The notes beneath the pieces are model-generated. The model made no database searches. It saw only the letters and a program-made list of their open reading frames with translations, and had not been told where the DNA came from. The translations under genes and the position numbers were made by a program. DNA of 63,994 nt, counting the filler, from Porpidia crustulata (Eukaryota): NCBI GenBank assembly GCA_964255105.1. It is 5 parts of 5 records of this genome, joined end to end, with 100 filler letters (N's around TTAATTAATTAA, not from the genome) between each part and the next. Parts side by side here need not be neighbours in the genome. Positions count along the whole stretch, not along the records: positions 51,775 to 63,994 come from CAXUWE010000557.1; 4 more parts are not named here. One strand, 5' to 3'. Numbering within the stretch: the stretch's first letter is position 1; every line of letters starts with the position of its first letter. Shown piece by piece: positions 51,984 through 63,356 of the stretch.

Positions 51984-52622
51984 TTACTGGTCAAGATCGA
52001 CCGGAAACGTTCCTTTTTCTAAGCCTTTGTCAGCTAATGTGGGGTACAGGCCTTCCGGATGAGTGTCGTACCTCGTTGCTCGTTCCAGCGTTCAGTCCAG
52101 GCACTCGGGCATAGAGATCGATACGCTAGGAAGAACTAATGAAATCGTATCAGGAAATCTCTTCTGAACATGAAGTCGGTAGTATCCTGGGGTGCTGTTT
52201 GGCGTACCTGACGACACGGGGCAAAGTCCTCCCCCTTGGCTAAAATGCATTTGTGGTAATCGACGTAATTTTGCCAGCAATGCTTAGTTCTACAAATCTC
52301 GTAAACCCTCAATTGAACATATCGAATGGGTGCGTGATAGCTTACTGGTTCTGGTTGGGAAATCTGGCGTCGAAGCCTGGCAGGTCAGGAGCGATTAGTT
52401 CAATACGAAATTGGATGCCACCCCACCCTCAATGCGATTCGATACGGCTAGAGTGGCAGGTTATATGCACCCAGGTGGTGGTGGGCATATCGTATAAGTC
52501 AATGAACGTACCAGCTGAGAGGGACGCTTCATTTAGCTATTGTGATCGAAGCCCTTGGGAGGCGGAGACATACCTGTAACGAACTTGAAGGGTTTGGTCA
52601 CGTACTCCTCGTCATCCGCCAT
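51984..52622 (-). CDS. COX12: Cytochrome c oxidase subunit VIb (not resolved by the ORF track)
   Basis: Exons 52622-52574, 52514-52512, 52376-52346, 52289-52208, 52135-52072, 52018-51984 give MADDEEYVTKPFKFVTAGFDARFPNQNQTKHCWQNYVDYHKCILAKGEDFAPCRQFFLAYRSLCPSAWTERWNEQREKGTFPVDLDQ. Confidence 0.95.
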
Positions 52623-52876
52623 ATTGGCAATTGGGTCTGCAAATCTGGAAGATGTGGCTGGAGCTGACGATTTGGCAGCGTTATCCTGAAAGAGGCGTGT
52701 CTCTTTAGTAATGTGAATTGTGTTCGACAGAGCAAGATCATCATAGAGTTCGAGGCGATTGGGAATGAAGTCAACTACGGCAACCCGTCGAGGTCGATCC
52801 CGCAATTTGTAAACCAGCACTTCCGCCATCAATACAACATCCTGTTACGATCAACAGCAGCTTCAACCTCAGCAAT

Positions 52877-53397
52877 ATGAATCCTACACGTTTCTTACAG
52901 ATGCGGCCTACGCCGTTCATGATGAGGCCAGTACCGGTAAGCTTTATGACTTCTAAGACCAAGTAGACCTCCACTAACGTCATCTAGAAAGAAGAGCACA
53001 GTGGTATGCGATCCCACAGTCCGGCTGTCTATGATGAGCTCTAAGATAGATTACTGCTCTTTGAGGTATCAATCTTTCGAACATGCGTGGCTGATGGAAG
53101 GATGTTTGTAGCACATACTATATCACAACGCTTGAGAACGCTCAAGAAGATTCCCCCAGAGTTGATCCCGTTAGGTGAGTAGATATTCCCAGTCGAATTT
53201 TCGAACGTATACTTGCTAATCCATCGATTCATAAAGGAGTTGTCCTTAGGTGACATGAGTGGTTACCCATACCTTACTACAGCTGACCCCACGGCAGTAT
53301 TGCGGTAGGCGCCGCTTTCTACAGCATGGGCAAGAAGCTCTTCACCGACAAGACCCTACGACTCACAAAATCGAATCGCTCGAACACCTTCAAATAG
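52877..53397 (+). CDS. NDUFA4/MLRQ (B12D)-like small mitochondrial membrane protein (not resolved by the ORF track)
   Basis: Exons 52877-52936, 52988-53003, 53112-53174, 53237-53249, 53298-53397 give MNPTRFLQMRPTPFMMRPVPKEEHSAHTISQRLRTLKKIPPELIPLGVVLSIAVGAAFYSMGKKLFTDKTLRLTKSNRSNTFK. The PELIPL motif plus one TM helix is typical of the family. Confidence 0.82.
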
Positions 53398-53632
53398 GAA
53401 GCTACGCTACGCATCGAGAAGGGGCGGTGGTAATATGCGAATCTCCAAAGCGAGCTTGAATAATTCATTCCGAGAACGTATCTTAACGATCGTGTTTCGA
53501 GAGGTGCGAGCGTGTACATATGAATTCATACCATATACCTTTACAGTCGTGGGCTTTGTGTCGTGATGGCGTACGCGATAAGGATATCGATTTCAATCAG
53601 TGGTCAAGTTAAAGACTCTCGTAGCATAGCGT

Positions 53633-54233
53633 TCAAACAGGTTGAGGTCCTGCAACATCCAGTCCTTCGAGCCCTTGCATTGGATCGTCCGGTCTAGATT
53701 CTAAAGCGTGGCCTTGGTCCGCAGCTGATCGATCTTCCTCACTCACAGCATGCTTAGCCAGCCAACCTTCCTATGAGATTATGAAAAGTCAGTACTCAGT
53801 AGTCGTACTCCATAGATTAAAGTGCAGAGTCGAATGCTAGACATGAAAGCGTCGTACCTGTTCCCAAACAGCCGTCTTACTCCCCAGCCCCTCATTACTC
53901 TCCTTTTGGGGTTTTGCTGCCGCAACTTTGATTACTCGTCCAAACAGCTCACTCTGGTCCATATTGTCAATGGCTTCCTTGGCGTCGGTCAGGATCTCAA
54001 ATTCCACGTAGCCAAAACCACGGTGGGGATCTGTCGACGAAGGAAGTTCGGGTTTCGGTAAAGTCACATCCACAATCTCGCCAAACGGCAGGAAGGCATC
54101 TGTTAAGATTCTTTCATTCACAACATTATCAAGACCGCCGACATAGACGGTAGCTTTTAGGCGAGCCTAAAGATGTTAAATTCCTTCAATTGCGTGTAGG
54201 GCATGTCATGGGGAAACACACTGCATCTGTCAT
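53633..54233 (-). CDS. RRM-only protein related to the N-terminus of cyclophilin E (PPIE/Cyp33)
   Basis: Two introns; MTDA/ARLKATVYVGGLDN...AFLPFGEIVDV...HRGFGYVEFE...AIDNMDQSELFGRVIKV...AVWEQ/EGWLAKHA...GPQPV*; no PPIase domain. Confidence 0.85.
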
Positions 54234-54639
54234 AGCTTGGGCTGTGGTAGTCGAGGTAGTAGCATTTGACCAACCGTTACTAATGGTCCAAACCTTTCCT
54301 GATCCTCGAAACTAAATTATCAACGGTCGGCCAGGCCCAATGAGGAAATATCAAAGTTCGGTTAGACAGCCTTACGATGATTAGCCTTCAAATCACATGA
54401 TAAACGGCGAAATAAACACCGTCGAGCAGCTTGCATACACGTATGTACATTCAACATTATTTATGATCTCCATATCCATTCTTTCTAACCAGAGCCACTT
54501 CCAGGAAATTTCTTACCTCAATTGGAACCCGTGGCGAAGTAGCAAAGGTTCCACAGTATTTCTCGCAGTGCTGGGTGCGTGCATGAGGCAGACTCGGGCA
54601 CCTTACAACGTTTCCTCTTAAGGTCTCACCGCGCTCAGC

Positions 54640-57600
54640 ATGGTCAGATTGCGAGAAATACCGAGAACAGCTACCTTTGCCTGGTCGCCTGGAACGACTT
54701 CTCCATTTTTAGCAACAGGTACAAGAGCAGGGGCTGTTGACGCCGATTTCTCCAACGACACACAACTCGAATTATGGGACTTGGATCTTGACAATGTCAA
54801 GCAAGGTAATGATTTGCAGCCGGCGGCGAGCATAGATAGCGACTCTCGGTAAGAAGTATTTTGTGGGCGTTCTCTTTTGTTCGACAAGCCCTTACTAACT
54901 GGGGTTATTCGACACAGATTCCATGATATTGCATGGGTACGGGCAAACAATGATTTCCCTAAGGGAGTAATTGCTGGTGCATTGGAGAACGGCTCCTTGG
55001 ATCTATGGAATGCTGATAAGCTTCTGAACGGAGATGGGTGATTACTACGTCAGCTGGTTTTTCCATCGTCGACTGAATTGCCTTAGGGATGCATTCATGT
55101 CACGCACTTCGAAGCACAGTGGCGCAATTAAGACATTACAATTCAATCCCTTTCGGCCAGAACTCCTGGCAACAGCGGGTGCCAAAGGAGAGCTATTCAT
55201 CTCAGATCTGAGCAACGTTGGAAAACCTTTCCGGATGGGAAACTCCGTAGCAAGAGCCGATGACTTCGAATGCCTCGATTGGAATAAAAATGTTCCGCAT
55301 ATAATGGTCACAGGCAGCAGCGGCGGTTTTGTGACGGTGTGGGATGTCAAAACCAAGAAGGAGAGCCTAACATTAAATAATCTGGGCAGGAAAGCGGTCA
55401 GTGCTGTAGCATGGGACCCGAACAAACACACTAGGCTGATTACTGCAATTCCTCATGATACCGACCCTCTGATCCTTGTCTGGGACCTTCGAAATACAAA
55501 CGCACCCGAACGGATCCTTAAAGGACATGATGGAGGTGTCTTGTCTGTCTCATGGTGTCAGCAGGACAACGATCTTCTGCTATCATGCGGGAAAGACAAC
55601 AGAACAATCTGTTGGAACCCCCAGACAGGCGAGTCATATGGCGATTTCCCTGTCGTTACGAATTGGACCTTCCAGACGAGATGGAACCCTCACAATCCCG
55701 ACATCCTAGCCACTGCTTCTTTCGATGGCAAGATTACTGTGCAGTCAATACAGAGCACAAATGCGGACTCAGCACAAGCAGGTACGGGCCAGGCCCAATC
55801 CGGAGATGATGAAGATTTTTTCAATAAGTCTCAATCACAGCCTCAAGGAGACTCGTTCAGCCTTAAAAAGGCTCCTAAGTGGCTAGAGAGACCTTGTGGC
55901 GCGTCTTTTGGATTTGGTGGAAAAATTGTTAGCTTCAACGCAGCTGGGGTATCAGGAGCGCAAAGGCACTCGAAGATACGCATATCAGCTTTCGCTGTCG
56001 ATTCTGGAGTTGGCACGTCCACAGAGACCTTTGAGAACGCGTTAAAGCAGAATGATTTGAAGAGCATTTGCGAGAGCAGAATTAACGGGGCCGCTTCTGA
56101 CGAGGAGAAAACCGACTGGGAAGTCATTGGAACTTTAACGTCGGCTAATCCAAGAAAAGATCTCATTAAGTACCTTGGATTCTCGAGTAGCGTAGATGAA
56201 GCAGCGGATGGGATCTCGACGTTGGCAGTCAACGACCACGACAAGCCTGAATCAAATACAGCGCAATCAAAGGAAGTGGCCGCAAAAAAGTCAAACCGAC
56301 TGTCCGCCTTTTTCGACAATGCTGACGGCGATAGCTTTCTGGCTGATCTCGCAGCTACTAAGGGAGCGAAAACTAATAATCCGTTCCGAGTCTACACGGG
56401 CCAGGAATCTGAGGCGGACAGAAGGATTACCCATGCGCTCCTACTAGGACAGTTCGAGAATGCCTTGGATGTATGCTTGCAAGAGGAGAGACGGTCTGAT
56501 GCATTCATGATCGCTATCTGTGGGGGTCAAAAATGTATCGACAAAGCACAGAAAGCCTATTTTAACAAGAAAGAAGGAGGTCCCAGCTACTTAAGATTGT
56601 TGGCGTCTGTGGTAGGGAAAAACTTGTGGGACATAGTTTACAACGGCGACTTGAACAGTTGGAAAGAGGTTATGGTCACGCTTTGCACATACGCCAGTGC
56701 GGAAGATTTCCCCGACCTTTGTGAAGCTCTTGGAGATAGACTGGAGGAACAAATGAGGACGGACGGAGATTCAAGCTCTCGGAAAGACGCATCATTCAGC
56801 TATCTCGCGGGCTCAAAATTAGAAAAGGTCGTCGCAATCTGGATCGCCGAGCTAGAAGAGAACGAAAGATTTGAACAGCAAGACTCTAGCACTGATTCTA
56901 CTTTCTCTCTCCATGCGCGTTCGCTGCAGGCGTTTATCGAAAAAGTCACTGTTTTCCGTGAAGTCACCAAGTTCCAAGATAGCGATAAACGTGCAACCTC
57001 GGGGTGGAAGTTAGCGTCATTGTATGAGAAGTACACCGAATACGCTGATATCGTTGCCTCACATGGACAACTTCAGATCGCTGAAAGGTATCTTGACCTG
57101 CTACCTGATTCATACCCTGCAGCCGAAGTTGCAAGGAACAGGATAAAGCAAGCTACGAGAAAAGCAGCTGAGCCGGCTCCGAGGCCATCTGTAAACGCTG
57201 GTAGGGCTACACAGCGAACGCAGCCTGTCGTTTCCAATTTCCAGAGTCAGCAGAGTCCTGCAAAATCCACTGTACCCACTCAAGCCAATATATATGCGCC
57301 ACCGGCTCCAAGCCAGCCACAAAACCCATACGGGCCAAGCAACGGGACTTACAGCACTTCTACTTTTCCCAGTGCTGGCGGATATCAGCCACCTCAGCAG
57401 TATCAACAACAACCGCGACAGCCAACAGGCACAGCTCCACCTCCAACTTATGGCGCCCCATATCAGAATCCGGGTGTAGGTGCTCCTCCGCGTAACATCA
57501 ACGCTTCACCGTCTATTCCACCTCCCTCGAAGGCTCAGAATATGAGCAACTGGAATGATATTCCAGAGAATTTCATCAAGCCTCCAACGTCACGCCGCGG

Positions 57601-58613
57601 CACGCCTGGCATACCTCCATCAGTCAGTAATCCCGGTTACGGATACCAAGGTGCAATGGCATCGCCACCTGTTTCTGGGCCACCACATGGACCTCAGTCG
57701 AGATCAATCCCTCCGGTTGGCCCACCACCGAAAGCCTCAGCCGGTCCACCCCCAAGGATGAATTCTCCAGCTTTGAACATGTCACCATCGTTTCAGCAAA
57801 CCGAGAGGCCTACTTCGTCCGCTGCGAACGTGTATGCACCACAGCAGGCCGCATCACAACTAAGGTCTGTTTATCCACAAGCTCAAATACCGCGGGGCCC
57901 CTCACCATACAATGCTCCACCGGCCGCTCCACCACCTAGCAATCGTTATGCTCCAGCTCCAACAACACAATCATCCGCACCACCATCACAGCCAGAACCT
58001 CCGATGAATCAACAAGGGCCACCGCCTCCGAATGCATACGGGCAGCAGCAGAATTATGGGCGGCAACAGCAAGGCCAAAGTACAATGTCTCCACCTCCTG
58101 GCCCAATGTCGAGGCCTCCTGCACCCCCTGCAGGACCGCCGCAAGCGCCAGCGCAAGGCTCCAGACCCGGAACGACTCAATCGCAGCGTGGGAAAACTCC
58201 CGTCCCATCCAAGTACCCCCCCGGAGACCGGTCCCACATTCCAGCAAACGCAAGAGCAATATACGACGTCTTAAGCGGCGACATGCAGCGAGTTAAAGCG
58301 AAAGCGCCTTCGTCGTTCAAAGCGCAAGTTGTCGATACCGAAAAGCGACTGAACATATTATACGACCATCTCAATAACGAAGACCTCCTCAAGGAAGATA
58401 CCGTCTCCAGCATGGTGGAATTGGCGCAGGCGCTGCAGGCGCGGGATTACGAGCGATCACAGGCGATTCACGTGGAGATCATGACGAACAAGACGGACGA
58501 GTGCGGCAACTGGATGGTAAGCGGACCGTCGACATCTTTGTGGTCGGCAAGCTAATCATAATGTACAGGTCGGGGTCAAGCGGTTGATAGGCATGAGTCG
58601 CGCAACGCCGTGA
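54640..58613 (+). CDS. SEC31: COPII outer coat protein Sec31
   Basis: [17 protein letters not shown] start, WD40 repeats, [21 protein letters not shown], Pro-rich region, C-terminal [15 protein letters not shown]...NWM/VGVKRLI. Introns 54849-54917, 55038-55087 and 58517-58568. Confidence 0.97.
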
Positions 58614-60226
58614 GCGCAGCCGGGGGGGGATTGATGTTTCTTGGAGGTCGCTGTATCTTGTATCGTAGAGTAGACGACCGAAAATGCCGTTTGGGAATCT
58701 CCATTGTCTCCATATTTGATTCCTAGTGCTCGTTCAATCGGCGTATCTGTCTTGACGGGCCGTTAAGACGATAAGCTAATCCTCACGAGCTACTTGAGCT
58801 TCATGCCCAGCTGATATTTGCTACGTCTGCCACAACATCCTGTTTTACAAAGGAAGTGAATGGCTAAGTCTCGGATTCTTTCCCAGCCCTTGTACTGGTT
58901 TTGGTGTACTTTAGCTCAACCGGCAGGGATAATGTCTATCTCTTTAAACGTGATTCATTCGAAGATGACGTAAGCGCTTGAATTTTCCGCTTTTTGTGAA
59001 TTGTTCGAGGCTGAATGGAAATCCGTGTAAGTGAGGTTCGAGGATTGGGAGGAAGATGCGATTGGATTTTGGAATTGAGGGATATGTTGGTGATAGGTTG
59101 TAGTCTGTGGATGTGGGTGGCAGCGATGGCGGTGGCGGTGGGTAGGAAGGTGTGGAGAGTGGTTCTTGAATATCTGATATCTAAGAATTAAATACTCAGG
59201 CTACAATTCTCCCTTACAATTCATCTTCCTCGACCATGATCCGATATCCGATCAACGAACACCCGAGATTTCATTCTACCGACAGCGATATTTCTTTCTG
59301 ATATCCAACCGCACCTTCAATGTCCAAAACTTAATGTTGGTCACGGTTTGGCGAATCCTTATTAGCGATACTCCCTTGATGTAACTCGTGTAGTCGGAAG
59401 GCTTTTTGAGGATCGATGAAGAAGAGTAGGTTCGGGTTGTGGGTTGAAAGTGGATTATGTTGGATTTTGGGGGGGAGGAGGAGGAGGAAAGAGAAAGAGA
59501 AAGAGGACGAAACACAAAATCTACCGGGCTACACGGCCACAGTTTGTGCGACAGGGGGATACAGGTAAAGGGCAACGGGTCGAGGATTGTTGAAAGAACA
59601 ATACGCTTCCTCAGTGCTGAATGTAAGGTTATGAGTGCTACAGTTGTTATAGATAAATACAGTAAATTTTGTAATGATGCTCAGAGCAGCGGGGACGGGA
59701 ACTGAATTTAAGAAAGGAAATATGTTGTTGTCGTCATTCATATTCAAAATCGCGTCCAAGCATACATTCTACCATTCGAACTTCGTTTCACGCATGATAT
59801 GTATTTGTATACAAACACAACAGAATCACATGCTTTTCAAATCGCGCTATACCCTCGTCCCATCTTTTGATTTACGTCGCAGTTGTTCTACCACCCACTT
59901 TCAAATATCTCAAACTGACTTGATTGGCAATCAAGCGAGCATAGGGTGTGGTGTAGATGTAAGGAAAAACCTTCGAGACATGCGAAATGTGATGGATGAG
60001 ATGAGAAACGGTGCCTTGATGGGAGCACGAGGGAGCAACAAACTGTTGATGAATGCTGATTGTGTGAGGCTTGAGATCCAGGAGGCGATCTTTGTAATGC
60101 GTGAGATGTGATCTTGAAAGGATAGAGCAGTTAAGCGTTTGGAGACATGTATGCGTCTCCTATCCCAAGAGAAAGGAAAAGGAGGGAGAGCTGAGAAGGA
60201 GATGAAGGAGGGGCAATGTAGAACAT

Positions 60227-60522
60227 CACCAGGGGGTGTCAAAAGTCAGTGGACTCAGCCCTACCGAGGCCCACCAAAACATCGAATTTTGCTAATTACA
60301 TGAAGCCATCAGCATAAATCCGATTCCATGGGTTTATCATCAAATTCAATTAGATGATCACAGCGCTATGACATTTCCTGAATGCGCGCCGTATTTCCTC
60401 CATAGGTAGGTATGTGGGTGGGAACTGAAAGAACTTAATCATTTAAGATAAATGTTTTGGTGGGGGCTGGAGATGCTCTGGTGGTGGTAGGGCTGAGTCT
60501 ATTGACTTTTGTCACCCTGGTG
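60227..60522. mobile_element. Non-autonomous TIR element (MITE), 296 bp, CACC...GGTG termini, CAT target-site duplication
   Basis: Left caccagggggtgtcaaaagtcagtggactcagccctacc versus reverse complement of right caccagggtgacaaaagtcaatagactcagccctacc. Inner inverted match cccaccaaaacat. CAT at 60224-60226 and 60523-60525. Confidence 0.82.
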
Positions 60523-60952
60523 CATTAGAAAGGAATATGAGCTCATCACCTCATTTCTTATACGAATACGACTTTGAATACAATCGCTGTCATCGTCTTC
60601 CGGTAGTTTTGTGATGTGTTTTTAGCTCAAGACTAATTGGAATCTGTCGTTTTGCTTGCATGCGACGATGAAATTCCGAACTTTCTAATTGTTTCTTCCA
60701 GCTTCAGGGAATTATACTATTGATCACTACAAGGATTTCTAAGTATAGAGTATAACACTTACAAATGCCTCCATATGAAGAACATGTCTGTAGGTCAACA
60801 AGTAAGCAGACGAACAAGGTGATATAGTTCCAAAAGGCAACTTCAGCAGTCACGCTCATAGTATGTTTTCCTCGATTCGTGTATTCATGATATAGACGTA
60901 CAAAGCAGTAGAGAGAGCCAACCCAAGGTGCTTTAAAATAGCTGGTGAGTAT

Positions 60953-63356
60953 TCAAAACGTCCGACTCTTGAATCGACATACTGTGTCGCGGTCTTTTCT
61001 TTGCACAAACTCCTTTCCGAGGTAAAGTCGTTCCATCGCATTCTCAAACACATCGGTATCAGAGTCACTAGCGCCACTGGCATTGCCGTCCTCAGAGTGT
61101 ACTGAACCGGGTTCTAAAGATCTGTCGGTACTACGATAGCTAGGAGAAGCTGGTTCTTGCATGATGACACCCATTAACTCATCAAACGCGAGGATGATCT
61201 TTTCTGTCGAATCAGGTCGCTCTTTCAGTTGACTCTTGAAATCGCTGGAAGAGTAAGAGTAATCATATTTCAGACGAAGATGGTCAGTATTCATCAATAT
61301 GGACATTGTCTCGATATCAGCGTAAAGTGCCACGATCTGGAGCAGGTGTGGACCGGTTAGGCGAGGGCATTCGCTGTATTCAAACCAGCGATCAAGGAGC
61401 AGTCTCAGGACATTGTGGCTGTTATATGTGACTGCGGTAGTCAGAGGCGTTTGACCAGAAGCAGTGGTTGCGTTGATGTTTGCACCATATTCCAGGAGAA
61501 GAGTTGCAAAGCTTGCATTATCTCTTCGAGAAGCGTGGATCGATGCCGTCATTCCGTCGATTCCACTAGACTCGACGTTGGCTCCAAAGTCGAGAAGCGT
61601 CTTCAGGATCAAAGGGTTAGAGGCATTTCGTGCAGCAACGTTCAGTGGATTGCCAACTTTGTTGACATGATCATATGCAATGTCAGGATCTGCACCAGCT
61701 TCGAGTAACAGACGAACGCATGTAACATAGCTTCTGTCTGCAGCATGGCCTACCACCCCAGAGTACTGTACGTCCAATGTATTGACCTCTGCGCCATGAC
61801 TCAGAAGCGTGACAATTGCCCGGTCATCTCCCCGACATGCTGCCCATGCGAGTGGCGTGCGGCCCATCACATCTGGAGTGTTGATATCTTCGGGATGAAG
61901 ACAAATTTCTTCATCGAGGCTCGCGAGCGAAAGACCAAGGATGATTCTGTGCAGCATGGTATAGTTCTGTTCGCTGATAAAGTCATCACCTCGTGTCAAA
62001 CATCGAAGTGCCTCCACATCGTCGTCGGAAAGGCCGCCCATAAGTAAGAATTGGTGAGCTTTGTTTCTTGGACTGTTGTCAGACGCGGCGATAGGTCTGT
62101 AATCCGCATCTGCCCCAGCGCCCAATAGAAACTTGCAGGTTTGGTATTGTTTTCCATACGTGGCCCATCTAAGCACAGAATAGCCCCTGGTGGCGCTGAC
62201 GTCTCTGGGAGACGCCAAACCTCGTTTAAAGAGATCCTTTAAGCCATCAATATTTCCGTTAAGTGCAAAATTAACACATTGCGCAGAATCGGGACTCTTC
62301 TAAGCGTGCTTAACTCGAACTGTGGTCCAATATGGGACTGATAGGTTAATTGGAAGCGTAAGATCTTAGACCACATGAAACCAAGGGGAAACCAATATTC
62401 GAAGCTGAAATGAGCATTTTGGCTTTTCTGACAAGACATGGTGTCGCATTTGGCATTCATAAGAGGAAGACCAGCGTACCCGACAAACATTCGCCCAAAA
62501 ACCCGATCCATAAGTCCCGGTGTCGACGAATTTGCCTACACGTGACACCCGCAAGGACAACCCGGCACGCTCCATACTGTTTAACTCTCATTCCGACTTC
62601 TTCTGAGTTAAGAGAGACCTGGTGTTGCGTTTGTTTTCTGGATGGTGGTGGTGGTCTTGAGTAAGACGGACGGCGTCCATATGAGCAACCCAACTGATTA
62701 AGCTGACTTGCTTGCATATGGACGGCCTGTACTTTGAGTAACTCTTCAACGTTACCAATCCTCCGATCGACATGCTGGTACAATTGTGTAAGAGACTCTG
62801 TCAGGCTGCCTTGATAGCGAATAAGGCTACTATGGAGGTTTTCCTGCATGCTGAGTTGGTTTTGCGCAGAGTTGAAACTAACGGTCGAGAGAGTCTCCAG
62901 ATCGTACCGTATTCGCATCATATCCTGGGAATTAGAGGCACCTTACATGATGTTGAGGCTGCATTTGACGGTTTTGATGTCCTCTTACAACGCTTGCAAT
63001 CTTGGCTGATTTTTCCGCCAAGCATGCGCTCGAAAAATGGGCAACTTGGTTGTTTTTACAATGACTGCAAGACTTTCCACAATCGTCCTCAGCTCCCCCA
63101 ATTTAGATCCTGCTTGATTCAATAAATGTTGTATATGGGCCTCTTGTTTCTTCAGCGTTGCCTCGCCAGCTCTTTTTTCGATGACCAAGGCGACCTGGTA
63201 AAGGACCAATTCGATGTCGGAAACCTCGTTGCTTAGAGCATGTAGTCTCCCTGGCAAAGTCGTGCATAGCTTCCGGAGCTCTTTGAATGCTCTAGCTGTC
63301 GATGCTGCAATAGCACTTATACCAATCACGGCTGCTGCAATTGACAAGGGATCCAT
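60953..63356 (-). pseudogene. Disrupted gene: N-terminal HeLo-like/STAND-type helical domain fused to ankyrin repeats
   Basis: MDPLSIAAAVIGI...LHALSNEVSDIELVL N-terminus. In-frame stops at 62985, 62943 and 62536; frameshifts near 62562 and 62291; no intron model is needed to keep a protein-like reading. Ankyrin repeats (GRTPLAWAACRG, GQTPLTTAV) are intact. Confidence 0.85.

Noticed and set aside
53031..53095. Box C (ATGATGA) and box D (CTGA) inside intron 2 of the NDUFA4-like gene, suggesting a snoRNA; also an internal GAG|GTATCA
   Set aside because: The CTGA is the intron's branch site and no convincing rRNA guide or terminal stem is present. GAG is a poor acceptor.
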